Shown here one piece after another: positions 48,161-59,600 of a stretch of 64,000 nt of DNA. This DNA comes from Bacteroidota bacterium (GTDB lineage Bacteria > Bacteroidota > Ignavibacteria > Kryptoniales > JAKASW01), in NCBI GenBank assembly GCA_021789975.1, contig JAJYIT010000018.1, positions 6,290 through 70,289 on the forward strand, written 5' to 3'. Position 1 is the stretch's first letter. Each line of letters begins with the position of its first letter. The notes beneath the pieces are model-generated. The model was not told where the DNA came from, did no database searches, and saw only the letters and a list, made by a program, of their open reading frames with translations. The translations under genes were made by a program, and so were the position numbers.

Positions 48161-50842
48161 GTGGTAAGGCACATCGTCACCCATCCCAACCGCGCGATAA
48201 TTGCCATTGCGATAATACTGATCGCTGCAATCGCCGCAGGATCTCTAATCTCAACTAGAGACCTAGACGCCCGGCTTACGAAGATCGTTTTCAGAACTAA
48301 CGAGTTAACCGCAACTGCCGAGGCGCTTCATCTGCGAGACTACGTGGAAAGCAGGGGAAATGGAATCCGATCACTTGCGGACGAATTGACGGAGCACAAA
48401 ACCCTTTCGAAGAAGATCTCAGACATCAAGGAGTACTCCCAGTACGTCCGCCAGCACCATGTCCTCTCGATTCTGCTCCTGGCCCCCGGCGGGAAAATTA
48501 TCTATTCCACTAATCCAGGCTATTCCGGTGTGCCCCTTGCGCAGACTCCCTTTTGGAAATATGTGCTGACCCAGCGAGATTCCTTCTACTCAGTAGCCTC
48601 GCAACCGAACCGAATCCTGAATCCTGTTCTCCCATTCGTCGGTAGTGCCGACACCACAGATTGGATGCTCATAGGATCCCCAATCATTGCGCGCACCAGC
48701 ATCGGAAAACCGAGTCTCCTTGGTGCTGTCGCGATTATTTTCAATCAGTATGGAGTCATACCCTCTCCAATGGGGACCGCCATCGGCAACCGCGGCAAGG
48801 CTTCTTCCATCTCCGTCGGTTTATACACTTCATCGGGACTGCCGTTTATCCACCTGTGGTCAAATGTGGAAAGCTGGAACAACGCCAGCCTGTCGGCTCT
48901 CCGGAAAACCGGAAGAGCTTCCTGCATATCTTGCCACACTCAAGGTGATGTCCGAACGATGCTTGGTGGCGGCACTGATGCCGGAATATCAACGGTCAAA
49001 GAAGAAGACAAATCTCTCCGTCATTTAAATTTCTTCTGGACTTCAACGATAATAACATCAGGAGATGTCGCTTTGCAGGACGGGCCGTGGTACCTCGTCT
49101 TGAGCGCAGACCAAGCTCCGGTAGAGAAGTTTATAAGAGGCTTCGCACGCGACTCCCTCCTCCTGACTCTATTGGCGATTGTCTTGCTCATAGTCGTTCT
49201 TACACTCGGATTCTATGCCTACCGGCGTAATGCGCTGTCACGGCAGCAAGTGGAACATCTGGAGCAGGTCGCACGCGTCAGAGAGCAGTACGAAAAGGAC
49301 CTCGAGCTTGAGGCGGCCCGGCAGGAACAAGAAAGGATCAAACTCGAGAACCTTCTGCAGAGTCTTGACGAAGGAATAGTCCTGCTGGGACCTGATGGAA
49401 GAATTGAATTTGCGAACGCTGAGTACTGCCGTATCTTCGATCTGGACAACGCTAAAGCTTTGATAGGAAAAGAAGTCGTTGAGCTGCTGGAGCACTCCTC
49501 GCAGCGTGTGAAAGAATCCCGGGAATTTGTCGGTCGGATAATGGAAAACTTCAAAAAGAAGGAGTCGATCAACGGTGACAGAATCGAGTTCATCGACGGG
49601 GCAATAATCGAGCGGAGCTCCATGCCGATTTTCGATTCACAAAAATACATCGGCAGATTGGCAGTGATCAGAGATGTCACGACGCGGGAGAGAAACGAGG
49701 AGACCATCAAGCGGCTTCAGCGAACAGAGCTTCTCGGAAGACTTGCCGGAGGGATCGCTCATGATTTCAACAATGTGCTCGGAGTCATTACGGGCAGTCT
49801 GCAGATGATGCTTAAGAAGGTAGACGATAGCAGGGTGGTTAATGAGAACGCACAGCGAGCACTCTCCAGCGCCAAACGCGGCTCAGAAGTCGCCAAGCGT
49901 CTGTTGCAGTTCGTCCGATATTCCCCGACAGACTTCGAAGATTTCTCAATAAGACACATCATCGAAGAAACCGAGTCAATTATCAATCACACCTTCGAAG
50001 AGAATTTCAAGGTCCATGTAGAATATCTCATCCCGGACGCTATCATCCACGGATCCCCGGGCGACATGCAACAGGTCATCTTGAATCTTGCTCACAACTC
50101 CAACGACGCTATGCCGCACGGCGGCACATTCACAATATCTCTTGAAACTGCCGGCAGGAAGGAGATAGAAGCGCATTTCGGCAAATCTGCTCCCTCGAAC
50201 TATGTTGTACTTAAAATTAAGGATTCGGGAGCAGGCATCGATGCCGACACGCTCGACCGGATCTTTGAGCCATTTTTCACGACAAAAGATGTCGGGAAGG
50301 GAACAGGACTCGGGTTGTCGATTGTGCAGACAATAATTTCGGCACATGACGGATTCGTCGAGGTGAAAAGCGCACACGATAGCGGGACAACTTTCTCTAT
50401 TTACCTGCCCCGGCAAGATGAGCAAATTGTGAAGCCGCGGGAAACTGACCACGCTCAGGGATCAGACGACGAATCGTCGGCCAGAAAGCCCGTCACGGTT
50501 CTCATTGTCGAAGATGAACCCGACCTGCGGGACATTTTGGCGGATTTCCTGGTTGATAAAGGCATGCATGTCATCACTGCCCAGGATGGCGAGGAGGGCT
50601 ACAATACTTTTCGGAACCATCCGGAAATTTCAGTGGTGATAACTGACCTTGGACTCCCAAGGATATCGGGCGACAAGCTGTTGACCAAGATCAGGGCTGA
50701 CCGCCCCGACATCGGCTGCATACTTGCCACCGGTTATCTCACCCCTTTCGCGAGCGGCCTCTCAGACCCACACATCAGGCTAATTTTGAAACCATACAAC
50801 CTTGCCGCCATTTACAAAAATTTGATCGAGATAATCCCTTGA
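48161..50842 (+). CDS. hybrid sensor histidine kinase / response regulator with a periplasmic Cache-like domain carrying CxxCH
   Basis: TM1, then a ~300-aa periplasmic domain containing CISCH (48923..48937), then TM2, a coiled coil and PAS (GIVLLGPDGRIEFAN). Followed by HisKA (GGIAHDFNNVL), HATPase_c (GTGLGLSIV) and REC (VLIVEDEPDLR...VITDLGLP). Confidence 0.9.
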   Translation: MVRHIVTHPNRAIIAIAIILIAAIAAGSLISTRDLDARLTKIVFRTNELTATAEALHLRDYVESRGNGIRSLADELTEHKTLSKKISDIKEYSQYVRQHHVLSILLLAPGGKIIYSTNPGYSGVPLAQTPFWKYVLTQRDSFYSVASQPNRILNPVLPFVGSADTTDWMLIGSPIIARTSIGKPSLLGAVAIIFNQYGVIPSPMGTAIGNRGKASSISVGLYTSSGLPFIHLWSNVESWNNASLSALRKTGRASCISCHTQGDVRTMLGGGTDAGISTVKEEDKSLRHLNFFWTSTIITSGDVALQDGPWYLVLSADQAPVEKFIRGFARDSLLLTLLAIVLLIVVLTLGFYAYRRNALSRQQVEHLEQVARVREQYEKDLELEAARQEQERIKLENLLQSLDEGIVLLGPDGRIEFANAEYCRIFDLDNAKALIGKEVVELLEHSSQRVKESREFVGRIMENFKKKESINGDRIEFIDGAIIERSSMPIFDSQKYIGRLAVIRDVTTRERNEETIKRLQRTELLGRLAGGIAHDFNNVLGVITGSLQMMLKKVDDSRVVNENAQRALSSAKRGSEVAKRLLQFVRYSPTDFEDFSIRHIIEETESIINHTFEENFKVHVEYLIPDAIIHGSPGDMQQVILNLAHNSNDAMPHGGTFTISLETAGRKEIEAHFGKSAPSNYVVLKIKDSGAGIDADTLDRIFEPFFTTKDVGKGTGLGLSIVQTIISAHDGFVEVKSAHDSGTTFSIYLPRQDEQIVKPRETDHAQGSDDESSARKPVTVLIVEDEPDLRDILADFLVDKGMHVITAQDGEEGYNTFRNHPEISVVITDLGLPRISGDKLLTKIRADRPDIGCILATGYLTPFASGLSDPHIRLILKPYNLAAIYKNLIEIIP

Positions 50843-50867
50843 TTGCTTATACTCCCTTTGCACGAAT

Positions 50868-53800
50868 CTATTTGATCAAGATGAGTTTCCTCACCGCGGT
50901 GAGCGATTTCCCGTTCTCCCCGACCGCCTGAATCTTGTAAATGTAGATCCCGCTCGACAATCTGCTTCCGTCAAAACGGACTTCATGGTTCCCAAACTTT
51001 TCGATCCCGTCCACCAAAGTGCAGACTTCTCTACCGAGTACGTCATACAATTTCAAAGTCACACGACTGTTCACCGGTAGATAATAATTGATAGTTGTCG
51101 ATGGGTTGAACGGGTTTGGATAGTTCTGTTCCATTCGAAAAGACTTCGGCAAATCACTCTTCAACGATTTGACGCCAAGCAAAATGTTGTCTGTTCCCCC
51201 GGCACCGTTGTACCGCGCTTTGAATTCCTGCAGGTAAAGGTTGGCGATGCGCTTGCTGTGAATGATGAGCACGTTTTCATCGTTGGATGTCTCGGCGGAA
51301 GTCGACCAATTGTGCGAGCCGGTTATGACAGTCTGATCGGCATCTGGATCCTCTGCATCAATGACGACATATTTGTGATGCAAATAGCCAGCAACGTCGC
51401 TTCCCTTAAGGTGAATATCGATTCCATTGGATTGGAGGAAGTTATATTGGTTTCCAGTGTCGGTATTGTTGTCCAGGAGAACTCTTACCTTATCACCGGC
51501 AGTCTTCTTCGCCACGAGTTCCTGCGACAGGTCGGATCGTGTAAATGTGAGCATACAAACGCCGACGGAGTAAGTCGCGGCTTTGAGAGCTTCACTAATA
51601 TGGAAGGTCGTTTGATCGGACGGACTAAAATACATGCTTAATGGAGTGCCGTTGATGTTGAACTTGTGGGGTGTGATGTCGAGTTTGTGCGAGCCGAACC
51701 TTGATTGAGAAGCACTCGGCGTATCGGTCGAGCTTCCCCACATTTCATTGAACTCCATCGTGTAGGCGTTCGCCAGAGCCTTGTCCTGTATTTCGATTAC
51801 ATTCTGTGCATCGTCGTTGTTCCCGGGATCGGTGGCGTTCCACGAACCGGTCCAGACCCAATCGTCCGTGAACGAGGTTGTGTCGCGGAAGTCGAACACT
51901 GCAAACTTGTCGTGCATTAATCCGGCTCCGGCGTCAACAGGGTCGAACGCGTCGGTGATGAATGGAATACTGTTCTTCATTGTGTTCATTGGAGATGTGT
52001 CTGAGTTCCCGTTTTCAGCGATCATCCTGATTTTCACTCCCCTTGCCTTCGCACTCAGCAGGTGGCTGGCTATCGTGCTGCCGACGCTGCCGCTCAGACT
52101 GTACAACGCGAGGTCTATGGAATATTTCGCGGAATCTATCCTCTCGATAAACTTGCCGGCTAAGTCTACCGTCTGGGCGTTTTCGCCGCGCGCCACCGAG
52201 ATGTCTACCGGCTTATTGAAGTAGACTTCCATCCTTCCGCTGGAGCCGACAGGAGAAGAGGTACTGAAAATCGCGTCACCGGTCGTATTTATACCATCTG
52301 CATCTTCAGCTGAAACCTGATAGTGGTACACCGTTGCCGGCGACAAATCCCCGAGATAAACCGAATGTATCGTATCCGGGGCAGTTACCGTAACAGAATC
52401 TGTATATGCCTGCGTCTTCCCGTACCTGGCCGTAACGGACGAAGGCGCAGCAGTCTTGAAATCTATAGTTACAGAATTGGATCTCAAATTGTTCTCCGCG
52501 GGTGCGATCGCGAAAATAGGTCCGACATGAGAGATAATATCGGCTGGCGTTCGTGGATTGATCTCGTAGTCCGAAAGGAACGGTGGACCCGGGGCCGGGG
52601 TCCCTCCTTTATATTGTTTCAGGATACCGACGACGTCAAATGATCCGGGAGGCACGCTCCAGGTAGGGGAAATGTAACCCCTGGTTGTACCGGTGACATC
52701 AGTGATTGTGCTGTTGGAAGCATTATAAGTTATATTGTTGATTCTCACCAGGCGACTCTCGTTTGGCTCAGAGTAATTTTCGCCGAAAGTTTGGTTCACA
52801 CCCGAGCATGCTAATACCAGGGGCTCGGGGAGCTGATTGTTGCGCGAGTAGATAGTCCAGTTTCCAGAGTCGGGCGATATTTCCGTCGTTCCGCGGTACT
52901 GCTGAACAATGCCGGTAAACTCGACACTGTCGCCGACCTGAAACACATCAAAGTAAGTGTAGTTGAATATGTTTATTCCACCCGTAGCATCCTGTAAAAA
53001 CAGATTTGTCTGTGATGAGCTTGTATTTGCTGTAATGATGCCGCAGACAGTGACGCTGGTGCCGACGCCATACGGTGCTGCCGGAACTCCCTGTGAGTCG
53101 TTATTGTGGAGGTCGATAATCCGTACCAGCTTCGTAACCATAACGCGTGGCAGCTTCATTATCGGTGACGGAACAGCTGTGTCGACTGCAGTCGACGCGA
53201 GGAAAACAGCCGTCATACTTGAATCCGGAACTGTAACCGAATGTACCATGATCTCTCCGGTGTCTACCTGAGTGATCGCGGCACCTGTTGCACTTATCGT
53301 GTCCTGCGAGACAGCGCAAGCGGCGGACGAGAATGAATTGCCGGAAATCGTGACATCGGTTTTATTCATCGACCATGTGAACGACGGCGGGACGACAACC
53401 ACGATTTTCGCGATGGTCGCGGAATCATCCGATGCAATCTTGATTGTGAAATCCGCGGTCTGCTTCGCCAAAAGTTTCGCTGGGGAGACCGTGGCAGATC
53501 CGATTCCACTCCCGGGTGCACCTAAGGAAGCCGCTTCGCCTGCAACAGCCAGCCCAGTCCCCGATCCGTAGACATACCACGTGCCGCCGGAGCTGGTTGC
53601 GCCGTATGGTACGATCCTGAAATTAACGACCGTGCCTGCGGGAAGATTCTGCAATTCGGTTACGCCCGAAAGATCTATCGGGGTGATGCTGCTGCCACTG
53701 TTGCTAGTCGGAAACTGGTTACTGAAGTCGCCGATGGTCGCCCAGGAACCGCCGTTGAGTTGGTATTGCCAAATTGCATTCGGCGGACCGGTTGTAGATC

Positions 53801-54140
53801 GTCTGTAGTTCAGGCTGATCTGCTTGATCGAGGCGGAGTATGAAAGATTTACCGTGATGCCGAATGTGACATAAGCATTGGCGGCAAGCGATGCGGCGGC
53901 CGTCGGATAATTCCAAGTATTGCCGCCCCAGGCGTTCGATGTTGCGGACCCGGATGTGCCGACTCCGGCCCCTCGGGTGAGGCCGAGACTGTTTGTGATC
54001 CCTGGTGCGATGGTTGAAGCTTCCATCCCCTGAGTGCCGAAAGCCGTTTGGCCGGTGACCTGCCAGCCAACTAGAACAGGTTGTCCCCATACGCCGGCAA
54101 CGATAGCTAAATTTAGTAGAAGGTGTGAAAGGAACTTCAT
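50868..54140 (-). CDS. large secreted phospholipase-D-superfamily (two HKD motifs) enzyme with a T9SS C-terminal sorting domain
   Basis: Signal peptide after the ATG at 54140 (RBS GGGGAGAG). HKD1 is HDKFAVFD..GSWN (51891..51914). HKD2 is HHKYVVID..GSHNWS (51357..51380). There are OB-like/Ig-like repeats and a fibronectin type III (FN3)-like domain. The C-terminus is NYPNPFNPSTTINYYL...KLILIK. Confidence 0.85.
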   Translation of the reverse strand: MKFLSHLLLNLAIVAGVWGQPVLVGWQVTGQTAFGTQGMEASTIAPGITNSLGLTRGAGVGTSGSATSNAWGGNTWNYPTAAASLAANAYVTFGITVNLSYSASIKQISLNYRRSTTGPPNAIWQYQLNGGSWATIGDFSNQFPTSNSGSSITPIDLSGVTELQNLPAGTVVNFRIVPYGATSSGGTWYVYGSGTGLAVAGEAASLGAPGSGIGSATVSPAKLLAKQTADFTIKIASDDSATIAKIVVVVPPSFTWSMNKTDVTISGNSFSSAACAVSQDTISATGAAITQVDTGEIMVHSVTVPDSSMTAVFLASTAVDTAVPSPIMKLPRVMVTKLVRIIDLHNNDSQGVPAAPYGVGTSVTVCGIITANTSSSQTNLFLQDATGGINIFNYTYFDVFQVGDSVEFTGIVQQYRGTTEISPDSGNWTIYSRNNQLPEPLVLACSGVNQTFGENYSEPNESRLVRINNITYNASNSTITDVTGTTRGYISPTWSVPPGSFDVVGILKQYKGGTPAPGPPFLSDYEINPRTPADIISHVGPIFAIAPAENNLRSNSVTIDFKTAAPSSVTARYGKTQAYTDSVTVTAPDTIHSVYLGDLSPATVYHYQVSAEDADGINTTGDAIFSTSSPVGSSGRMEVYFNKPVDISVARGENAQTVDLAGKFIERIDSAKYSIDLALYSLSGSVGSTIASHLLSAKARGVKIRMIAENGNSDTSPMNTMKNSIPFITDAFDPVDAGAGLMHDKFAVFDFRDTTSFTDDWVWTGSWNATDPGNNDDAQNVIEIQDKALANAYTMEFNEMWGSSTDTPSASQSRFGSHKLDITPHKFNINGTPLSMYFSPSDQTTFHISEALKAATYSVGVCMLTFTRSDLSQELVAKKTAGDKVRVLLDNNTDTGNQYNFLQSNGIDIHLKGSDVAGYLHHKYVVIDAEDPDADQTVITGSHNWSTSAETSNDENVLIIHSKRIANLYLQEFKARYNGAGGTDNILLGVKSLKSDLPKSFRMEQNYPNPFNPSTTINYYLPVNSRVTLKLYDVLGREVCTLVDGIEKFGNHEVRFDGSRLSSGIYIYKIQAVGENGKSLTAVRKLILIK

Positions 54141-54182
54141 GTCTCTCCCCTGGCGATTGATTTGTGCTGCAAAACAGAAAGA

Positions 54183-54233
54183 GCTGCGGCTCACGCGAGT
54201 GCACGACCACTCGCGTGAAAACTAACCCGCAGC
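54183..54233 (-). terminator. nested strong hairpin / intrinsic terminator between two T9SS cargo genes
   Basis: Outer stem GCTGCGG/CCGCAGC. Inner perfect 10-bp stem CACGCGAGTG/CACTCGCGTG (54192..54217). On the minus strand it is followed by TCTTTCTGTTTT. Confidence 0.6.
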
Positions 54234-54261
54234 ACCTGAAATTACAAGGTTACACTTGTTC

Positions 54262-56391
54262 TTACTTAACCAACATCATCCGCTGAGCCCGTACAAACAA
54301 TTTTCCATTGTCGCCAGCCGCCCTCAACCTGTAGTAGTAGACCCCGCTCGGAAGCCCTGACCCATCGAAACTAACCCGGTACTCTCCGGCAGCTTGATGC
54401 CGGTCAACCAGCGTCGTCACGCTTCTTCCGATGACATCGAACACTTGGAGGGTCACATGACTCGCCGCTGCCAGCCTGTAAGTTATAGCAGTGGTCGGGT
54501 TGAAGGGGTTGGGATAATTTTGAGAAACGGAGCACTCTCTCGGGATCCGCACCGGGATTTGCACTTCTATGATTCCGCCGACATCCTCACGTAAACCCGA
54601 TGTGGTGACCGATTCAATTTTGTAGTAGTATGTATTGCCTTCAGTAACCTTCGAGTCGGCAAATGTGTAGGAGGCGCCGGTTGTAGAGGTCCCGGCACTC
54701 CTGAGTGCAGAGTTGGAGGTGTAGCTGGACACCATTTCAAACGGGCCATCTTTGGAAAGAGAACGATAGATGTTGAAACCTACCGTGCCTAGTTCGGTGG
54801 CGGTCGATAAAGTCAGCTCGATTTGTCCGTCTACGACTCTTGCTGAAATACCTTTCAAAGTGACGGGAAGCGGGTTATCGGTAAGATCGGACACAGTCCA
54901 TTGTGAGAACGACGACGTTTCGACTGTCACTGATCGTGATGATCCATCTTGTGCGAAGCCGACCGAGCTCCATGATTCACCATCATTGGTGCTTTTATAA
55001 ACTACCATGTTCTGGAGTTGAGTTACTGTCTTACCGTTGTCATCATCGGAGATCCACGACAGTGTTAAGTTCCTTCCGCTTGACGGAGGATTATCCGAAG
55101 TGACGATCCACTTTCTTGCAATTCCCTGCTTCGATGAATTCGAAGGATTGTGAACGATGCCATCAGTCCCGGAAATCCGGGTGACTGTTACTGTACCAAG
55201 ATCATCACCGCCCCCCGCTTCAAGGCCTACTCCAATCGAATTCATAGAAGATGATGCACCAACACCAACCTCTTCCGTTTTAACCAAATTGCCCACGACA
55301 TATTTACCTGACGCTTCTCCGGAAATGGTTGCTGTTGGACCCAGGGTCAAGGTATTCGAGCCAGTGTTCAAATTCCCGTTTGAAAAAGCAAGAGAACCGT
55401 TGACTGTGATGTCAGACTCAAGGTTTACACCACTCGTGTTAGAAATTTCGATCGACTGGTTAGGCTGAAAAGTAAGGTTGCCAGAGTTCGAGATACTCTG
55501 GGAAGATGAGCCACTAAACGTGAGCGAGGCAGTGCTTCCCGGGTTAAAGTTCAGAACACCTCCGCTTGCCACCGCAATGTTGCCATTAAGACTGAAGGTC
55601 CCTGTCATGCCAAGATTAAGTGTCCCGGCTGCAACCGTGAGGTTGTCGATTGATAGTGGATTGCTGCCAATACCGTTAATATTTGCGGACATGCAATTAA
55701 GTTGAAAATCAGCGAAAGTCCGGCCTGAGAATGATAGGGACCCAGTCTGTTCGTGGCTATAAAGACTACCTGTGTGGAAGGTCACCTTAGATTTTGGTGA
55801 AGATAATCCGAAAGGATTTCCTCCCGCTTGAGAGACAAACGTTGACCCATTCACAAAATCAATTACATTTGCCGTGCCACTATTCCCGAATAGGTACCCA
55901 GAACAGTCACCGCCCTGAGTGATCACAGAGCCGGAATTCACAATTATCGAGCCAGCATCAGCGGCGAGCAACTTATGAGCGCCGCCTGCAAATGTCATCG
56001 CTCCAGCAATGGACGCGATAGCACCTGATGAGAGCGAGATAGTAAGCGCGTTGGCCCCGCTTACAATCAGGGAAGATCCATGCTGGAGGTAAAGAGCGGT
56101 TCCTGATCCTCCGGCATTCACGAGAGTATTTGTCGCATTAGTAAGAAATGTGACGGAGGTGTTGCCAGATACTACCATCTCTCCGATTGTCTGAGATGGT
56201 ACGGAGCTAACTGTGACTGTGTTTCCGTCGTTAAATTGCAGAATGTCGCTGGCTGCCGGTGAATTACGAACCGGATCCCAATTCGTGGCCGTCGTCCATG
56301 CTGCGCTTCCTCCTTTCCAAGTGTAAGTCGTCTGTCCAACCGCGCTCGCTACCGCAAGCGCTACGATAACCAATCCTGCAATAAACCTCAT
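54262..56391 (-). CDS. secreted repeat (beta-helix-like) protein with a T9SS C-terminal sorting domain
   Basis: Signal peptide MRFIAGLVIVALAVASAVG, G/S/T/N-rich repeats, and the C-terminus NYPNPFNPTTAITYRL...RMMLVK. AGGAGGA RBS. Confidence 0.8.
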   Translation of the reverse strand: MRFIAGLVIVALAVASAVGQTTYTWKGGSAAWTTATNWDPVRNSPAASDILQFNDGNTVTVSSVPSQTIGEMVVSGNTSVTFLTNATNTLVNAGGSGTALYLQHGSSLIVSGANALTISLSSGAIASIAGAMTFAGGAHKLLAADAGSIIVNSGSVITQGGDCSGYLFGNSGTANVIDFVNGSTFVSQAGGNPFGLSSPKSKVTFHTGSLYSHEQTGSLSFSGRTFADFQLNCMSANINGIGSNPLSIDNLTVAAGTLNLGMTGTFSLNGNIAVASGGVLNFNPGSTASLTFSGSSSQSISNSGNLTFQPNQSIEISNTSGVNLESDITVNGSLAFSNGNLNTGSNTLTLGPTATISGEASGKYVVGNLVKTEEVGVGASSSMNSIGVGLEAGGGDDLGTVTVTRISGTDGIVHNPSNSSKQGIARKWIVTSDNPPSSGRNLTLSWISDDDNGKTVTQLQNMVVYKSTNDGESWSSVGFAQDGSSRSVTVETSSFSQWTVSDLTDNPLPVTLKGISARVVDGQIELTLSTATELGTVGFNIYRSLSKDGPFEMVSSYTSNSALRSAGTSTTGASYTFADSKVTEGNTYYYKIESVTTSGLREDVGGIIEVQIPVRIPRECSVSQNYPNPFNPTTAITYRLAAASHVTLQVFDVIGRSVTTLVDRHQAAGEYRVSFDGSGLPSGVYYYRLRAAGDNGKLFVRAQRMMLVK

Positions 56392-56662
56392 AATATCCTC
56401 CTATTTTTTGAAATGAGATTAATCGTGAAAGGCTTAGATTGTGGTCTAATTGAAAAGGTTATTGCGCTATCCCTGACCTCTACCTACCGCAAACCTCAAG
56501 CGGCTATCCAAGGCTGCACACCGAGCCAAGTTATCTTTCCCACACGCTCCGGGTCAGCCCGCCATGGCACTCGCGCCATCAAAGGATAATATGGAACACA
56601 CCTATCTAAATGTCAAATGTTCCATTATATTATTGTGCAGCAACAACATCAGGGAGGCAACC

Positions 56663-59600
56663 TTGAAGATCTTAGTTTTCTCGACCTTCCTTTGCGTCTC
56701 GGCCGAACTTGGGTCCGCCCAAGGCGTGAAGATTAACGAGATCATGTATGGTCCTAAAGGCGGGGAACCGGAATGGATAGAACTGTTTAACGCCACTCCG
56801 GATCCGGTGAATCTCAAAGGATGGAAACTCCGCCACCATGCCACAAAGTGGTACGTGATCACAGACTCGGATCGATATATCCTCCCCGATTCCTTCATCG
56901 TGCTGACAAAGTCCGACACGATATTCTCTTTCCGTCAGATCGACACCTCCCTCGCTCTTATTTGCGGCTCCCTGCCCACCAGCTTCCTGAACAACTCCGG
57001 GGATACAATCTCAATTCGTGATTCAACCGACGCTCTTGTTGATTCGGTCTACTATGAGCCCTCGTGGGGCGGTTCAGACGGGAAATCACTTGAGAGAGTA
57101 TCTATCGAGCTTTCCCCTTTTTTACCTGACACCTGGGGAACATCAGATGATAGTTCCGGTGGTACACCAGGAAGACGGAACAGCATCGCCGCCAAAGATT
57201 ATGACCTTGCAGTTCGGTCCTTCACTGCATCCATTTCGTTAGCTGATTCGACCGCATCTTTCAAAGTGCAGATCGTCAATAAAGGAGTACATTCCTCTTC
57301 TCCGTTTTCAGTAAACATTTATCTTGACTACGATAACGACAACATATGCCGGTCAGATGAGTTGGTAGTAACGGTTGCAAACGTTCCGGGTCTGGCGCAT
57401 GGCGACTCGGTAGAAATCTCCAGGCAGGTTGTCATCGCAGTGGATCAGATTCCTAAAGCCTGTGCCATAATAGCTTTTTCCTCTGACCAAAATCCCTCCA
57501 ATGACTCACTGTGGAGTAGAATGCAAGCATCTTACCCGAGACGATCACTGGCTATTAATGAGATCATGTATCATCCGGGCAAAGGAGAACCGGAATGGGT
57601 GGAGCTTTGCAGCCGTTCTATCAACTCCATTAATCTCCGTGGCTTTAGACTGGGTGACAATTCGGGGACAACTTACCCGATTTCGGGATCGGACTTTTAT
57701 CTGCACTCAGACTCATTCGTTGTTGTTGCAGACGATTCCAGCTTCTTTGTCGCACACCCTACATTGCATAATGATGTCCTTATAGCGAGCATCCCGCCCC
57801 TCAACGATGGTGGTGACGCAGTAGTGATTCGCGACGAGACCGGAAACCTTATTGATACTGTGCAGTACTCGCCATCATGGGGTGGAAACACCGGGGGCAA
57901 GTCACTTGAAAGGATTCTGCCGGCAGGAGGCTCGAACGACCCTCAGAACTGGGAGACATCCTCAGATTCTACGGGAAGCACTCCGACGACTATGAATAGC
58001 GTGACTCCGCGCGACTACGATCTCGCTCTGGGGTACGTTAGCTACTCTCCTCATCAGGTGCAATCTGGTGGTAGTGTAACGCTGAGATTCTCGATCGTCA
58101 ACCGAGGGTTGAAGCCCTCAGGAGCGGCATCTGTCATCCTCTTTAGAGATGAAAACGCAAATGGCTTTTGCGATCCTTCCGAAGAAACAGAAGTAGCTCC
58201 TTTGACGAACATCATTCCGGGGGACTCTGCCGCTGTCAAGTTTTCCCTGAGCAGCCTCACATCTGGGGTTCACCGATTAGGAATATACATAGAGTACCCG
58301 GATGACCAGGTAGCGGCAAATAACACCGCTATCATTTCGATAAATGTCGGACTTCCCGCAGCCTCTGCAGTTATTAACGAGATTATGTATGCACCGAAGG
58401 CGCCGGAAGAAGAATGGCTGGAGATTTACAACGCCACCGACAAAGTTATAGACCTATCCAACTTTAGAATCGAGACGCATGGAGGCAGCCGGAATATTCT
58501 CAGCGAGTCATTGATTGGGCCCGGAAGTTTTGTAGTAGTATGCAAAGACTCTTCTCCGGCAAACTCTCACTATTTTATCCCCGACTTAATCTTACAATCC
58601 GTGCCCTCCCTCAGCAACACAGGCGATTGGATAACTTTGTCCGATGACCTCGGAAATCTTCTCGACTCAGTCAGCTATGTACCATCTTACGGCGGGGCAG
58701 GCGGAAAATCGCTCGAGCGAATCGACTATCTGGCAGGAAGTGATTCAGCCAACTTGAGCGAGTCCATGGATTCGACCGGTGGAACTCCAGGGCTGGTGAA
58801 CAGCGTCGCAAAACTCCCTTATGATCTTCATCTTAGAGGACTAGATTGTCCGCCCTCGGTCTCGCCCGGAGAGCCCTGCGAATTGAGACTCGTCATTCAA
58901 AATGAAGGCAGGAACCCGGTTGGCGGGATAAATATCGATGCCAAAGTCGTGAGCGAGCTTGACGGAAGGACCGTCTTTTCCGAGAACAAAAGCTCGGCTT
59001 CGGCGCTCTTACCCGGTGATAGCACGATTGCGACGTTTACCCTCACTGATCTCAAACCCGGGTCGTATATGATCCTCGGAAGCATCTCCCAGAATCAGGA
59101 TATGCGCCGTTGGAACGATACCGCGACGGCGAGTCTCAAGGTCCGATTTGAACTGCAATCCGTCATAATAAACGAGATCATGTTCTCAAAGAGCGAGCTC
59201 GGCGATTACTTCGAAATATTTAACCGGTCAACCGACCCGGTTGATCTTTCCGGATGGATTTTCCGCGTTGGCTCAGGTCAGCCTAAACCTGTCCAGCCTC
59301 AAAGGATGCATGCATTGGAACCGGGTTCCTACTTCGTCGTTGCTTCCGACTCTTCAATAATTCCATCCATTGGCGACACAAGCTCGGTCCGCATCGCCTC
59401 AACGCTGACCCTCCGGAATGATGGTGATTGCATCGTGGTAGTAGACCCCTCCGGCGCGATGGTGGACAGCGTGAATTACCTTCCATCATGGCACAACGCC
59501 GACATCGGCAACACGACCGGCAGAGCGCTCGAAAGAATAAATCCGTCGCTGCCTTCGAACGACAAGTCAAGTTGGTCGACCTCCGTTTCGCCTCTCGGTG

